Origin: Aplysia californica
Taxonomy: Eukaryota
Length of the DNA: 64,000 nucleotides
Direction: 5' to 3'
Assembly: GCF_000002075.1 (NCBI RefSeq)
Contig: NW_004797288.1
Location: 560,426-624,425 of the forward strand
How positions within the stretch are numbered: position 1 is the stretch's first letter; each line of letters opens with the position of its first letter. A program made the position numbers and the translations under genes. Of the stretch, positions 24,869 through 39,337 are shown piece by piece. The notes under the pieces were generated by a model. It did no database searches and was not told the origin of the DNA. It saw nothing but the letters and a program-made list of their open reading frames with translations.

Positions 24869-27800
24869 TATATGGAAACGTGTCCCTCAAAATAAAAAAT
24901 GTGTGTGCTTGTAAGGAAATTCATTTGAAAACATGTTTACGTGTACACATGTGACTCGCAGCTTACTGGGCCTCCTATAGGTACATCCAATCAAGGTGAA
25001 AGAATACAGCTTTATCACATCTCTTTGTATCGGACTAACAGCTCAGTGCACTTCACTAACAAGCCACCAGGATTCTTTACAAGTCAATGGCCAATCTTAC
25101 AAAAGCATCAGCTAAATACATGTACTGAAGTCAAAACATAAGGTTAATGCTTTGTATCCATATATGCATGACAAATCCAGATAATATTTTCTAGAAAAGA
25201 ACAGAAAAAGAATCGATATAACAAGACAAACATACTGTTATGCGCAGAAACAAACAGACTTCATTTTGCACAATCAACAGAACCTGCTCTGATAGCAGTC
25301 CTATTATTACACATGTCCAAGGTTAACATATAACACTGATATTAATATTACGTAGTTATGCAGCAGACGTTGCTTATGCTTTCTGATGACAACAAGGTAA
25401 CACTGTCAAAACAGACGGGAGACAGGGGTTACAAATAACAGCGACAGACATCCTTTACCATTGCTGTGATGTACAGGTGTCCTGTTTAACACAAACCTAT
25501 TTTCTTAATTCACTAAAGCTTCAACAAAGAACACTTTACCAAATAAGCAAAGAAATGATAATGATTAGTTCCAGATATCTTTTGAAATGTTCCCAATCTA
25601 AAACTGAGCAAGTGTACTGGCTGAGAAAACATTTTTGCAGATATACACGCAAACTGGTGGTCTGAATAAAGCCAAAAGTTTCTGAGCCGTTGACCAAGGC
25701 CTACTCACAGGTTACAAAGGCATGGGTGTGCTTATTGTTTATTCTGAACACGGAGTAGGGAAGAAGAACTGCCATGATTTTTAGCTATAGAGAGTGGGAA
25801 CAGGCTTTGTGGGAAAGACAAACACATGAAAGTTACTTGAAACAGGCTTTGGGAAAGACAAATACACAAGAAAATTATCGCTGAACCTCTCCCAGCTACA
25901 CAATAGTTGCAACTATCCAAATACCAACAGGTAAAAAGGACATCTACAAAAAAGTAGTAAGGTGGTCTCAACTCCACATCAAAGTTCTAAACTGACTGAA
26001 TGCATGTCAGAGTACATACTAGATGCATACTAAATTTTTTTTCTTAATCTAATTTAATGATTCTACATGTGCAGAAAAACTACAGCCTTAACCCAAACCT
26101 AGGTAAAAAATTGTATCTAAACAAGTGCAAATAATTTCAAATATCAACAAAAAGGAGAAATTTCAAACTGCCCCTCAAAACAGCTTCAGACATAAACAGA
26201 CGCAACTGAAAATCCCACCAATCTTCCCAAATACCTTGTTACACTTGTACTGACACTGAGCAATAACTACTGCTATCGCCCACAAGACCTCATACCAGAC
26301 ACAAAAAGTGCAGGAAAGAAAAAAAGCTCTTACTGGAATGCAAAATCGGGCATGTTTTTTAACAGTTAACTTTTGGTGCACCAACCAGAGACTTCCTTGT
26401 GAATGTAATCCAAAACTAACAAGTGAAACTAAGAGAAAATATCTCTACTGTTCTGTTGTGACCTCGTATGAATAAGATTAAGCCTGATGAGTAGAAATAA
26501 ATGGAAACAAAAAACACAAAAAAACCTACAGTTTGACCAACAGGCACGAACATAAAGGATAAAAAGAAATCTTGAGCTAACAGATGCATCCGTTCAAGCA
26601 GTTACTCCAAGGATTCCTTCAGAGACTTGCTATTCACAGATCTCCGAAATCATAGCCTATTCACAACTTTCACAGATGTGCTGTTCACAAATATAAAAAA
26701 GAAAACATTGGTTATTCACGGTTTGGACATGGGCACACATTTCTCCAAAACCAAATGCTAACCATACCTTTGCAGATGTGGAACTCATAAATCTCCAGTA
26801 GCATTGGTTATTTATAATCTATCATTAACAACTTCATACAATGATGAAACATACATAACATTAATTGTAAAAATTAAAAATACCAACGCCAACTACCACA
26901 GGTAAAAATGGGTATCAAATGCAAAAACAGTTGAGCCTTGAACATTATGCTAATTGTATGACATGAAACAAGATTTTACCTTAGTGTTTCTCATACAATG
27001 ATCCGACCGTTATGGTAACAGATGAATACATGCAAAGCATCATCAAATTTATTTGACAAGACTTGTATTCTGAACATTTCAAGAATTTATATTCTTTTTC
27101 ACAGCTTTCAATATTAATTTTGACAAAACCCTTAGTTTTCAAGTCAGAAAAGGAACACTATTCACATGAATTGACACTGACAGAAAACTAATAAGAAAAG
27201 TGGAGGACTTTTTATTCTTCTCAGCCATGGCAAAAATATGGAATTCTGAATACAGGTTGAGAACACCTGCGCCAAGCAATTATTACCTCAGACGTTAGTA
27301 AACGAAAAAGATTCAAATATAGGTTCTCTGCTCAGGACTTGATAACAAAGTCTATGCTGATACATTTGACTGGATGATCAAAGCTTTCTTGAAACTGCTA
27401 GTACAAATAAACTTCTTACACCTGAAGCCTGCGCAGAATTTAGGAACCAGTCAGCACAACTACCACAGCTACATGTGTCTCGTTAAGACAGGCATTGCTT
27501 ACTAAACATCTAGACTCTCTCACCATTTTATAACTTTCTGATATCTAAATATTGTGAACTGTTTGAATATGGAAATAACACACACATGCTGTTTTCAAAA
27601 GGTAGAAATCAGTACAATATTCTCTGTTATTCATTGCCTGGTTTACACTGTCACACAATACAGAGATGTCACTGATCATTCACTGCAACCCTCAAATGAG
27701 TACAACATCCGTGTGTTCATAAAACACATAAATGAAAAATTATTTTTCAAAACTACCACAAATATTTTTTTCCACTAGTGCACTTTCATGATCTTCATAC

Positions 27801-28849
27801 ATGTAGAAAACAAACTATCTGATTTCCGTACATATTGGTCGGAGCTGCAAGCTTGATAGACTTTGTCGAATAAGCAACGAACACAAACTCAATACACAAC
27901 AAACAAAACCACTCCCCTTCTTGGCTGCTGCTTTTGACAGCTTCCTCCTCATCTCTATGACCCACAACTTCTCGACTATATAACAAGAATGCTCGAGGTC
28001 CAAGCCAAGACATGTTTCTTCCCACTCCCTCTTTTCCTTTTCTCATCTCTACAGTGATCAGAGGTAAAAGACAAAGACCTTGCATTATCAGTTACACTAT
28101 TGACCGACATAAAAAGTTTAATGTTTATATCAACACAGTTATTCTATTCAAAAACCCCATTAGAGATGACAATAATTAATAATTGCATGTATTAAGTTAT
28201 AATTCTTTAACTGAACTTGTTTGAATGAAAGAGGAACCCACCTAAATGTCTACACTATCAAAAATGACATTCTCAAATAATGACATCATAGATCAGTGAA
28301 ACCTACATGAGCAGAGCAAGAACCATTGCCCCCTTTTCTACCTTTCACCATTTGTAAAAGTTCTCCGTTTTGTGTTACCTTTGAAACTGATCAGCTGCCT
28401 GAGTGAAAGAAGAAAAGTTGTTGCAAAGTACTAGTCCTTTGTCAATAAGTTATATCGTATTTCTAACTACTGGTGTCACATTTTTTTGTAAAGTGGGAAC
28501 AGGTTTAAGTATGTGAATTGGTACTTTAAAGAAAAAGCAAACAATTCTACCCATAGTCTAGACGCTTACTTTATAGGTTTCATTTTAGGCAGGACGTTTT
28601 ATGACATATATCTACTCCTCGTGAATTGCTTTGACGACCAATTACAGACAATACTGCCCTCAACTTGCATAGGTGCATGGGGACTGGTGAGGGGTAAGCT
28701 AGATGAAATGACAATTCCCCAAAATTCTAAATGATGAACATAAGCAAAACATTACATCCACTGTCTGAATACAGAAATAAAGTACATTATCAAAACACTA
28801 TGTTCCTGTGACTTCATGACACAGAAGATTACAAAAATAATGACCTGAC

Positions 28850-28880
<31 letters not shown>

Positions 28881-31800
28881 AAAAAAATAAAACCCCCCCC
28901 CCCCCCCCCCACCCCAACTCAACCTCAATCTAACAGACACAGGAAGAGTCTTCTGAAGACTGGTGACATAAGTGACAACACCCCCCCCCCCCCCCAAAAA
29001 AAAATTAAAATAAAACTTCCACATTATCATCATTTTGTTTGGAGAGATACGCACAAATAAGAAGAAGCAATATGAATGAAGCACCAACCAGCAGTGCCCG
29101 TTATCATGACAGATAAACAGGGGAAAAATTCAGGCTAACCTCAAAGCTTATCTCTTTAACAATACAGGACTCTCCTTCTCATATTTACCAGAGGGGAAAA
29201 AAAAGGAATCCAGGGGTTGAGTGTTTCGAGAAATAAAACTACTGATGACAATTTCACAGCAATCATAGTAGACATGAAGTCTGTTTTCCCCAGCTAGATC
29301 AGACCAAGGTGATCCCTGGAGTGGCATCAATTTAAATGATCAAAGTTTTGATCACCATGTTCTGGTTATTATTAATCTTTGCAATTATGCCCAGAAAACA
29401 GCAATAATGTTTAGCCAGAAATGGCTAGAGGTGAGAAATAAGCCTCAATGATGAATTGCCAATGATATATTCTAAGTAACTTCGTTTTGACAGCTGAGGG
29501 AATACATGAATGGTGAATTTCATTAATCGTGTAAATACTAGATGATCATTTCCGCAATCACTTTGTTTTTATAGGATTTTGCCATCCCCACTTGTTACGG
29601 GTGACTGCTCAGCAAAATTAAAATAGGGGTCCATTTTACTGACAAACAAACGAACAGAAATGGCGCCACACAATGAGGGAACAGTTTGTGAACCTCCATT
29701 ACTTACTTTTCCGATCCATTACAAATACAAGAAAATAAAACAGGCACCCTCACATTTGTGAATACAACAAAAAAATGAATGTTGAAATTAGAGGCATAGT
29801 CAGCCAGCGCCGCTTAAAAGATACCCAGTACTGAACTTCAAGTTATGCATGCCCATCAAAGACACCTGTACCCTTTGCCTTTTGCATTTTAAAAACCAAA
29901 AAAAATAGAAAAGAAAGAAAAGAAAAGAAAAGAAAAGGCAACAAATTACTTGAAAGCCAAAATTAAAAACATGTGATATCAAAAGACAAACTCGCATAAA
30001 ATCAAACAAACCAATTCGGTGGGGCAGACAAGAGTCTTACTATATGGCCAGCCATACTTTCCAAAGAGACAGAATATCAGTGGCACTGAAAAAAACAACA
30101 ACCCAAACAAAGAGCAGAAAAAAACCCCAAAAAAACTATGGAGCCTACCGATCAAGTGACGGAAAGATGGACTAACTTAAAAGAATTACAACCAAGTTGA
30201 TGAATTACAGCATGGTATAAAAAAGAATTGGCCAAGACCCCAGTGACAGGCATCATACTTTCACAGGACGAACATTTCAAACAGAAAAAAGGGACCAACA
30301 ACAGTAGCCGTCAGAGTGTCTGTGTTTTATTATGTCTACAAGCAGAAAGAAGATAGTGCAAGAGCCCTGCAACTATTTCTGTACCAATTACCAAAAAACA
30401 TGTAACCTATGACAGCATTCTTTCAAAAAGAGAGAAGAAACAGGATATTCTGATGGAAATAGAAGAGGGAGTGTAAACCGCATTTTTTTTAAAGGGGAAA
30501 AAGAAAGGAAAACAAAAAACTCATACCCCAAACAGGTCCAATTTTTAAACAAGTAACGATACAAGCGCAACAAAAGACTAATTAAGATTGTTGTTTGTAA
30601 ATTGGAATGGTCATCAATTATATTCACCTAACGCACAATTATGCTGATTCTTGGGTGGNNNNNNNNNNNNNNNNNNNNNNNNNNNNNNNNNNNNNNNNNN
30701 NNNNNNNNNNNNNNNNNNNNNNNNNNNNNNNNNNNNNNNNNNNNNNNNNNNNNNNNNNNNNNNNNNNNNNNNNNNNNNNNNNNNNNCCATGTTCGACATG
30801 AGGGATGAGTTAAAATTTTCTCACAAAATCAAGAGAACACCAGAACAGTGGCAGAATCATGTGCTTGAAGCAGCTTGTTTTTGTCCATTACTACTACTCA
30901 TGATAAGTCTTTCCTGAATGATAGGTAAAACTCCATGGATTTGGAGTTTAAGACGTAAAAAAAGAGTGACAGCAGCGCATGACTGTTCTGTTATACATTA
31001 GAAAACATATATTATGTTGCACATTACTAATACAGTGGGCTAAATTGTATTTTGTCTCACCAACAAGCCAGCAATTATGATTTCTCCTAAAATACGAGAT
31101 ATTCGGGAAAACAAGTCCGAACAAAATGAAAAACTTTTAAAAAATAACACAATTTTTCAATATAACCCAGAAACGTTCACACACAGGACAGAGAAAAAAA
31201 TGATAAACCTACTCAGAAAAAGAGTATCGGGATACTGAAAAAATTGAACTCTATATGTAGCAGAAAGGTTGCTTTTCGCAAAAGTATGAAAGCTGATGAA
31301 TTTGATAGCACAGAAAAATAATTACGCTCAAATTGATTCTCCAGCCAGAAACCTACAACCACTTGATAAATAGTGAGAAATGAAACATAGCACCTGCTTT
31401 CCAAATATTTCGGTCACTGTCATCAATTTTTCCATCAATAGAAAAAAACAAGTCAAGTTAGGAGTAAAACGGCGATACAGACATACTTGCCGGGGGGGGG
31501 GGGGACCAAACTAAGTTGAAAACAGACATTCTCATATCAGAATTACATAGTTACGTTCAAGCAAGAAAGTTTTAGACCATGACCCTTCATACTACAGTTA
31601 GAACTAACGTTTGTGCAAAATCTATTCATAAACTTTTTTAATTTGCGGAGTAACAGCAACCAGAAAGACAACTGCTCTAATGTTTAAAAAAAAACAACAA
31701 TACACGAAAGTCATCAAAACTGATAATATAATTTTTTGAAACGACAAAAGACTTTGAATGTAGACACATATATTTCAAATAAAATCTGTCCAAAAGAAAG

Positions 31801-32340
31801 TATATAAGAAAAATTGTGCTTGCAGTACACAAACAAACAAAAAATCATACATGTATAGCATACAGACACCCCCCCCCCCCTTCCCATCCCACAAAACTAG
31901 CAATTTGCAGCAGGGCTGGAAAATGTAAGTTGTAAAGCCAAGGATATAGGAGTGCTTGAATAGCCACACACAAATTACAGACAGTGTTCACTTCTTCATT
32001 AATATGCAGATCTTGACTCCCATTCTCCGATCGTTCGTATCCACACAGCATCTCACTCGCACATGGTGAGAGTCCAGTGAAATTTTTTTTTTTTAATGAA
32101 TATACAGCTGTCTTCATTCTGGCACCTGTCCTCGTGACAGACAAGAGCACACATACAGGACTGCATATACATTTATATGCATGAATTTTTCCAATCTGTA
32201 CATATGTACACACCAGCCAGGATAATCCGCAATTTTTGCCGGTGAGTGTTTGTTTTATCACGAAAAGCACAGACACAGAGAACGGGACCTGGGGGGTGTA
32301 TTTCTGTTCACTAGCTTTCCTCCTCCAGCTAGTGCTGCGG

Positions 32341-32398
32341 CTAATCAGAAGGATGCTCTGGGCAGGATCGGTTCACTTCAAACCATTTGTCAATGCAT
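32341..32398 (-). CDS. ZNRF2: ZNRF1/2-like E3 ligase coding exon 4 (terminal)
   Basis: ccccag| (G)CIDKWFEVNRSCPEHPSD*, the C-terminal half of the RING-H2, closely matching vertebrate ZNRF1/2 C-termini. Probably co-orthologous to both. Confidence 0.93.
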
Positions 32399-33519
32399 CT
32401 GGGGAAAAAAGATAAGAAACAAGTGAACATAGCAGTTGCTTTTAGATGGATAACATGTCTATTAAATTGCTATGAATCAGAATATACAAGGAAATATCTA
32501 CTTCCATTACAGTAAGGTAAAATGGAAACTTGTTCTGCTCACTTATAAAACTTAGATTTCGCACATATGGACATATTGTGTTTTATATTCTTAACATATA
32601 AAAGCATCTAATATCAGTCATTATCACAAATTTATTATAAATATTTCTAAAATTAAAGAGCATATCACAACAGGTAATAGCCCACATGTCTTCTTTTTTT
32701 TTCAACAGACAACATTAATTTTTTTAACACAAGAATTTGAAGATCAAATAGTCTTCAGATAAAATAGAGTGTGAAGTCCACTTAAAGCGAACATAGCTAA
32801 TCTGGAAAAAAAAAAAAGGCAAACTGAAAGAAAATATAAACCCGTAGTTTTTTTCTTCCTCTTTACAAGAATACTATCAATTAGTCAAAACACTCCAAAT
32901 TCTAAACAGAAAAGAATTTAAAGAGTTATTTCTTTTAATCTCCATTAGTCATTAGCAACCCTCAGGTAAAGCAAATCACAAAATCTTACGGGCTTCCAGA
33001 AAGAAAACAGACGCGAAAACGTAAGTGTCAATTGCAAGCCAGAGAGAGGATTCGCCAGTGTACTATTTGCCTACGTTCACAATACACATCAACAGGCCAG
33101 GCCTACAAATTGTGTCTAGTGACATTTAGAATAGCGAATGTGTATCTGTCGTATGACCGTCAGTTGTTCATGGCTTATTGTCTCTGTGAAGTTAGTTCAC
33201 ATGGACCCAAGACAGGAGCATGTGATGGCACATGGTGTGTTTCATGACATTACCGGTATTGGTCTTTCTGGTACACTTCTCTATCTACTACAAATTTGCT
33301 TGTTCTATGTGACTGTTCGGTAGATTAAAGGTTGACAATGTCAAAGACAAGCACAATATGTACAGCATGAAGCTCAAATTGTATTTATTGAAAGATGTAG
33401 AAGAGAAGAAAAAAAAACTTTCAAAAAGTGAAATTTGCTACAAATATGGCATTCCCCAACTCTGCGCTTTGAACAATCATTGCCATTTAAGCAACCTCTT
33501 AAAAATGGTTCATACTCAC

Positions 33520-33625
33520 CCTTTATGATATATACAAAGGCAGGGTAGTCTAGCAATTGTATCACCTTGAATGAGCTCTTCAAAACAGATAACACATTCT
33601 CCTTTATCTTCCGAGAGGACATCCT
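33520..33625 (-). CDS. ZNRF2: ZNRF1/2-like coding exon 3 (RING-H2 N-half)
   Basis: ttacag| (E)DVLSEDKGECVICFEELIQGDTIARLPCLCIYHK |gtgagt. Phase 1 to 2. Confidence 0.95.
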
Positions 33626-35586
33626 CTGTAAAACAAAGATTACAATAAAAATGAAATGAAAGTAGAGAATAGCGTATATTCAATTTCGAGACTTTTAAAA
33701 ACAGAAATGAAAGAACACCCAGATACTCAACTCAAAGAATCCAAAGAAACTAGCACCTGGGTATGTCAGACCTCATATTTTAAAGCTTGCTCTGGTTTCG
33801 AATCATTCTCTCAATGATAAAGATCTTACACTCTCCATAAAGCAAAATATGCTGATCAAAGAATATCATGGGTATGTCATGATCTATTTTTAGCATACAC
33901 ACAATGTAACAACTTTCAAAAGATGCAAGATTTCTTTTCCCCGAGAGAGCCTGTCATAACCCTGAATCCTGGTTCTGAACCTTGCTCGGAATGGTAAGGG
34001 GGCATGTGTGTTTGCAAGTGTGTCTGTTAGTGCATAATAAACCTGAGCCTTTTAAGCAAGTACTTAACCAAAGATAAAAATCTTCTTGAAAGAACCATGC
34101 TCATTTAAATCATTCAGAGCTAGAGATGGGAGTTCTCATAAGACAGATCCATTCCCACAAGCAAGTAAGGAGTATTCCCACATTCTGCCTCTTTGTCTTA
34201 AAAAAAACAACTCTCATTTCAGTCCAACCAATTACCTAGATCTAGACTTTTTGCATTATGGTAACAATCTAAGTGACTAGCATTTGAGTCCGCTATCTTT
34301 GTTTTTTGAGTTGTTATCCTGTCGCTCATAGATCATTTGTAGTTTGAGACTGCCAGGACATTTAAATGGTGAAGTCTGAATGGAAACCAATTAATTCTGG
34401 CTTTAGAAAATATTTTGCTAGCTAAACTAATATTTTGCTAGCTAAACTAATATGATTACTGATGGCAAACAGAAAAGTGAGAAAACCAGATTTGCAAATT
34501 ACACATTTGCCAGCTGGTGACTAGAGGGCGTTCACCTTTTAATTTCACACTGCTGATGCTAGTGACATTCATGTTGACCTGATCAATGTTAAACATGGTT
34601 TATTCAGCACTGTTAGACAATTTATTTAGCGACAGCACCAAAACAAAAAAACAAAGCAACCCAGAATTTACCCCCCCCCCCAAAAAAACAACAAGCAACT
34701 AATAAATAACAAATGAAATACATGTGCCAACTGGATAAGAAAAAAAAAATCCTGAGCTTTTCAGACCCACGGAAATGTGCAGTGGGGGAGTCCAAATTTA
34801 TGGATCATAATGTCTGATAAAGTTCATAAAGTCTTGTTCAGTAGTCTTGCTTCTGGATTTATCATGTATGCAAACTCAGAAGAACTTCTTTACAAAACAA
34901 TTTAATAAACAAAAACTTTAATATTTGATCATTTTTTGCTCAACTCAAATAGAATTGAGAAAAATTCAAAGCTTCACTTCATCAACCCGCTCTGGTTTCA
35001 GGACAAAAACTCTAAAACCACAAGCATCACATCAAATGAATATCTCCTCGTGCTAAAAAAGTTTTGGAGAAGTTGGAGAAGGTGGAAATGATATGCTGTT
35101 GAGAAGGCCTGTATCCATCAGGGTGGTATCATACCCCAGAAATCAAGAGTAGCCCCTGCATGGTTACAAGAAGAAAGGTTTGAGAACGCCTAGATACATG
35201 TAGAAGCTAAAAACGCACAAATGATGGAGCTATTCCACTTTAAATGGGTCCTCCTCTTTTCTTTTTTTTTTTTTTTAAATTTAAAGACACCTGGTACATA
35301 AACAAAACTTCCCTGAATGAGAGAGGAGTTCATCGCTGTCCTGCTCAGTACTGAAAGTAAAAGTAAGAGTAGACCTCCCTTTCAGTGAGTCTCCCCATAA
35401 CCTAAACTGTCTGGACAAAAGACGACTTTAGCAAAAATTGAATGGGAAGTCCAACCACTGACATAAACGATCCAAATCTGGATAAAATATAATGAGGTGA
35501 CTGATCCAATTCTGACAAAAAAAGAATGAGAAGTCCAACTATTGTAACTGATCGTATTCTGGTTAAAATATACTGAGAAGTCCAAC

Positions 35587-35682
35587 CATTGTAACTGATC
35601 CGAGGCTTGGTGAGGCACATGACCAAGTGGCACTCTATGTCATCTGACGCTATCTGTTTGGAGCACACAGGACATTTGATGC
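35587..35682 (-). CDS. ZNRF2: ZNRF1/2-like coding exon 2 (UBZ-type zinc finger)
   Basis: tttcag| (G)IKCPVCSKQIASDDIECHLVMCLTKPRISYN |gttgga. Phase 1 to 1. Confidence 0.95.
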
Positions 35683-37404
35683 CTGAAAAAGAATGATTAA
35701 AAGACCAGATCAGAGGAGAAAAATGGTGCTTACAGTACTCAAAATATGACAAAGGGAATAGTATATTTTCAGGTCAACATTACATGATATTCAGGCCTCT
35801 GCAATGCAGGGCTAGAATGATGCATACTATTTTAATGAGAAAACAAGAAATAAAAAACACCCAAGAAGATGATCAGCATTCTTAGCCTCTACTTAATAAA
35901 TTATTGTTCACAGATAGGGCAATATGTTATTGCCATTATGAAAAGCAGTACACATTCACAGTCTCGCTATGTAACACACATTGCTTGCTTCCGTCTTGTC
36001 CCCGTGGTAAAAAAATCCAAAATGCAGTGGTACTTTTTTCAATTGTCACATTTCCCCTTAATTAGCATATTTCCTATCTTCTTGTATCTCTCAACACATT
36101 TTTACGGTTCATAAGGATGTATTAGTGAGGTGTGTTTGCTCCCACTCACCACAATATCATAAAATACCCCCCCCCTCCACCTCTCCACTGCAGTTCTTCA
36201 TTAAAGTGAAACATGGTTTTAATAAATAGGCAAATAATCAAGATCCAATTATCACCCACAGAGGTATATCCCCATCTCTTTCTTCTTGATAATTTGCTCA
36301 CGTTGTATCCAAGAAAAGACATTCATATATTACAAACTAATTCTTTGTACTAAGCCACAGACACCATAGCAAGCACAAGGGAAACCAAGACTGTCATCAT
36401 CCGAAAGGATAGCTTTCTTCACCCAGTTAAATCAATATAAGCCTGTAGTGAGCTCAAGCAGCCTTGAGAGCAATTTGATATGTTAGCAATCCACAGTGTA
36501 TTGATTAATGATACTGGCTCACTTGGTAGATCACAATGCATTCACAAAACATTATTTTATAGCCACCATTCACTAATTACAGATAAATTTCTTCTAAGTG
36601 GAAATCTTGATACACCTATCAAGGGGAAATAGTTTAGACTTAATCAACTGTGACAAATTGGTATCATTGCTGTTGCAAGAAATATTAGCAACGCCAATCT
36701 TTTTTACTCACCATGTAAACCAAGATCCCTGCATAAAATGATTATAATCACTTTTTCTTACACCAGTGAGCCTATGCTGGACTGAATATATTGCTGAAGC
36801 ATGCCCAATGTAAAGGAATTAATTACTCAATCCTTTCAAAATAATAAATTTCACTCTTTAAATATTCATGATTGGCACAGAGAAATGGGGTTCCTAAAAC
36901 AGCTGACAAATGCTTGCCTTCTGAGAATGAGAAATTTTGGGCCTTGCTGCTGACCAGGGACATTAAAGACTAGGGCATCAATACACACTGCACGAGTTTC
37001 TTCAGAGAAGTTACACGCAATCTGAAAACTATATCTATCTCTTATTTTGATCAAAGAAGGAAGAGTGGGCTTTATAAACCCTGTCTGTATTAACCTTGTT
37101 AAAACCCTGACCCAAGACAGAGGTTAGTGAGGTGAAAGACAAAATTAATTTGGACTGCAAAAACAGACTTGTAAGCAGAATATATGTAATATATATATAC
37201 TCTTTTAAGTATACACATTTTGAAGCTCAATAAAACAAAATCTATGTCACTGCTTCTCTCTAATCTCTCCTCTCTGTGTATCGCTCGCCTTCTCTTTTTC
37301 TTTGTTTGTCTCTTTCTTTCTCTCTCCCCACCTATTTCCCACTCTATCTTTCTCTCGTTCCCTCCTGCCAACCGGGGCATGTCATATATACATTTTGCTA
37401 GCAC

Positions 37405-37442
<38 letters not shown>

Positions 37443-38171
37443 AACACACGTCACACTACCGGGTCTGGGCACTGAAACTTTCCGAAATCACAAAAGAGTT
37501 CCCCTACCGGGTCTGTATACTTCGTGACTTTGTTCCCGGTTACCGGGTCTGTATACACTTCGTTAAAGGTTAGCTAGCCTTCCTTTTTAAGTACTAAATC
37601 TAGTAGAGAAAGTGAAAGTCAGTGTCCAAAAATTTACTAAAATGTCAAGTCAAGAGGGGTCCTAGGTTAGAATTCATCAGAAGCTTACTACTCACTTACT
37701 CTAGTGAATTACAACCTGCGACAATGAAGTAGGGCAGAAGATCTAGGCCTAGATCTATCCTCAATACTGTTTACATTATTAAACCCAATGAATTTGAATA
37801 GGACCATGCCATGTGGGATTTCTTTCAAAATGTGGGAAAACATTTTTAGATTTTAATAGGCCAAGATCTTGAATCATGATTGAAACATCGATGTTGAAAT
37901 GTTAGGACTTTCATCTTTGTTGAGCAGTATCCTCAATCGATTCCATCCTCAATACTCTGTTTAAACATAATATTAGCTCACTGAACAGGACCATGTGGGT
38001 TTCTTTCAAAATGGGGCACAACATTTTTAGTAGGCCTGGGCCTTGATTTGATCTTGATTAAAATCTAGACTTACTTCCTTGTTCCTGTCTATGTAACATA
38101 AATTCATTTCTAGATCTCTAGACTCAGGAATACAAGTTTAAAGATTGCAGCAAAAAGATTTTTTTAAGGCC

Positions 38172-38390
38172 GGCACTATTTCTCCGAACGTTCGGGAAAA
38201 TAAAGCTGGGCACTATTTCTCCGAACGTTCGGGAAAATAAAGCTGGGCACTATTTCTCCGAACGTTCGGGAAAATAAAGCTGGGCACTATTTCTCCGAAC
38301 ACTGTGAAATCTCATCCTTTCCCGCAAATTTCGGATATTATATAGATCTAGATCTAGATCTAGATCTAGATATCTAGATCTATAATTATA
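38172..38390 (+). repeat. 37-bp tandem array (3.5 units) plus shared flank and (TAGATC)n, copy A
   Basis: GGCACTATTTCTCCGAACGTTCGGGAAAATAAAGCTG at 38172, 38209, 38246 and partial at 38283. Confidence 0.95.
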
Positions 38391-38906
38391 GTATTAAAAA
38401 TCAACGATTTAGATCTAGGCCCTAAAAGATGAGTCCTGCACTGTCGATCTTCTGTGGAGAGATGGTACTTCAAACCATCATAGGATTCGTTTTACAACTT
38501 TAGTACAAGAACATTGATTTACAAATCTTTCGGCGCTTTTTCGGTATTTCCCACCCCCCTTATTTGAGCCTGACCTACATCTAGATCTAGATCTATACGT
38601 TTGATTCGCGGTGAGCTAAGATATCAAACCTAACAACAGCAAAACATTAAATTGTGATAAAATTCAGGGGGGCATGCCCCCCTGAAACCCCCCTACTCTT
38701 GGGGCCAAAACCCGTGAATAACAATTGCGGGGTGGGAACTAGATCTAGATCTAGATCTAGATCTACCGAAAAAGCACCAATCTTTCAAGGTTTAGAATAG
38801 ATTAAGAACTAATGATGAAATATGAGTGTACTGCATGTTTCTGTGAAATAGACCTAGATCTACACCATAAAAAATTTAAGTTAAAAATTCTAAAATGTCA
38901 TCATAC

Positions 38907-39225
38907 CTTGCAAAGCAAAGAGATGCACTGGCAAAGAATGGGTGAAGGGTCTCCCTCCAAACAAGAGTCCAGGATCATCTCCAGGTGAACTTGAATCTGA
39001 ATCTGGAGAACTGCTTCTGTGAGTTCCACCTGAAGCTCCCGGAATGCTCAGTGACCCAGAGTTTCCAGAGCTCTGAAAGTTTCCAAGGCTTCTAGCTCTG
39101 GCCCTCGATGACTGAGCCCCATTACGAGCCACAACATCTGTTCCTGCTCCTCCGTTCGAGCCTGGGGTACTCGCGGAATACGTCCTCATGCGCGGTTGAT
39201 TGTTTGTACTAAGCTTCAAACCCAT
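38907..39225 (-). CDS. ZNRF2: ZNRF1/2-like coding exon 1
   Basis: Kozak CACCATGG. MGLKLS myristoylation consensus, RMRTYS and RARARS basophilic kinase motifs, HSLP motif. Donor CAAG|GTATGA. Confidence 0.92.
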
Positions 39226-39337
39226 GGTGAAGGTGAATATGGTCCTTTCCTGTCGAAATGAACAAAACTCGTGAAAGCTATTAATCACAGAAATAAACTA
39301 AATCCAAAAGTACGTTACGACTAAGCCACAGTGTTGT

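Noticed and set aside
38172-38300. CRISPR array (37-bp near-palindromic repeats)
   Set aside because: The units abut directly with no unique spacers, there are no cas genes, and the context is a eukaryotic intron.
39226-39288. N-terminal extension of ZNRF from the ORF-track start
   Set aside because: Non-ATG start. The ATG at 39225 has an optimal Kozak context and places Gly2 for myristoylation.
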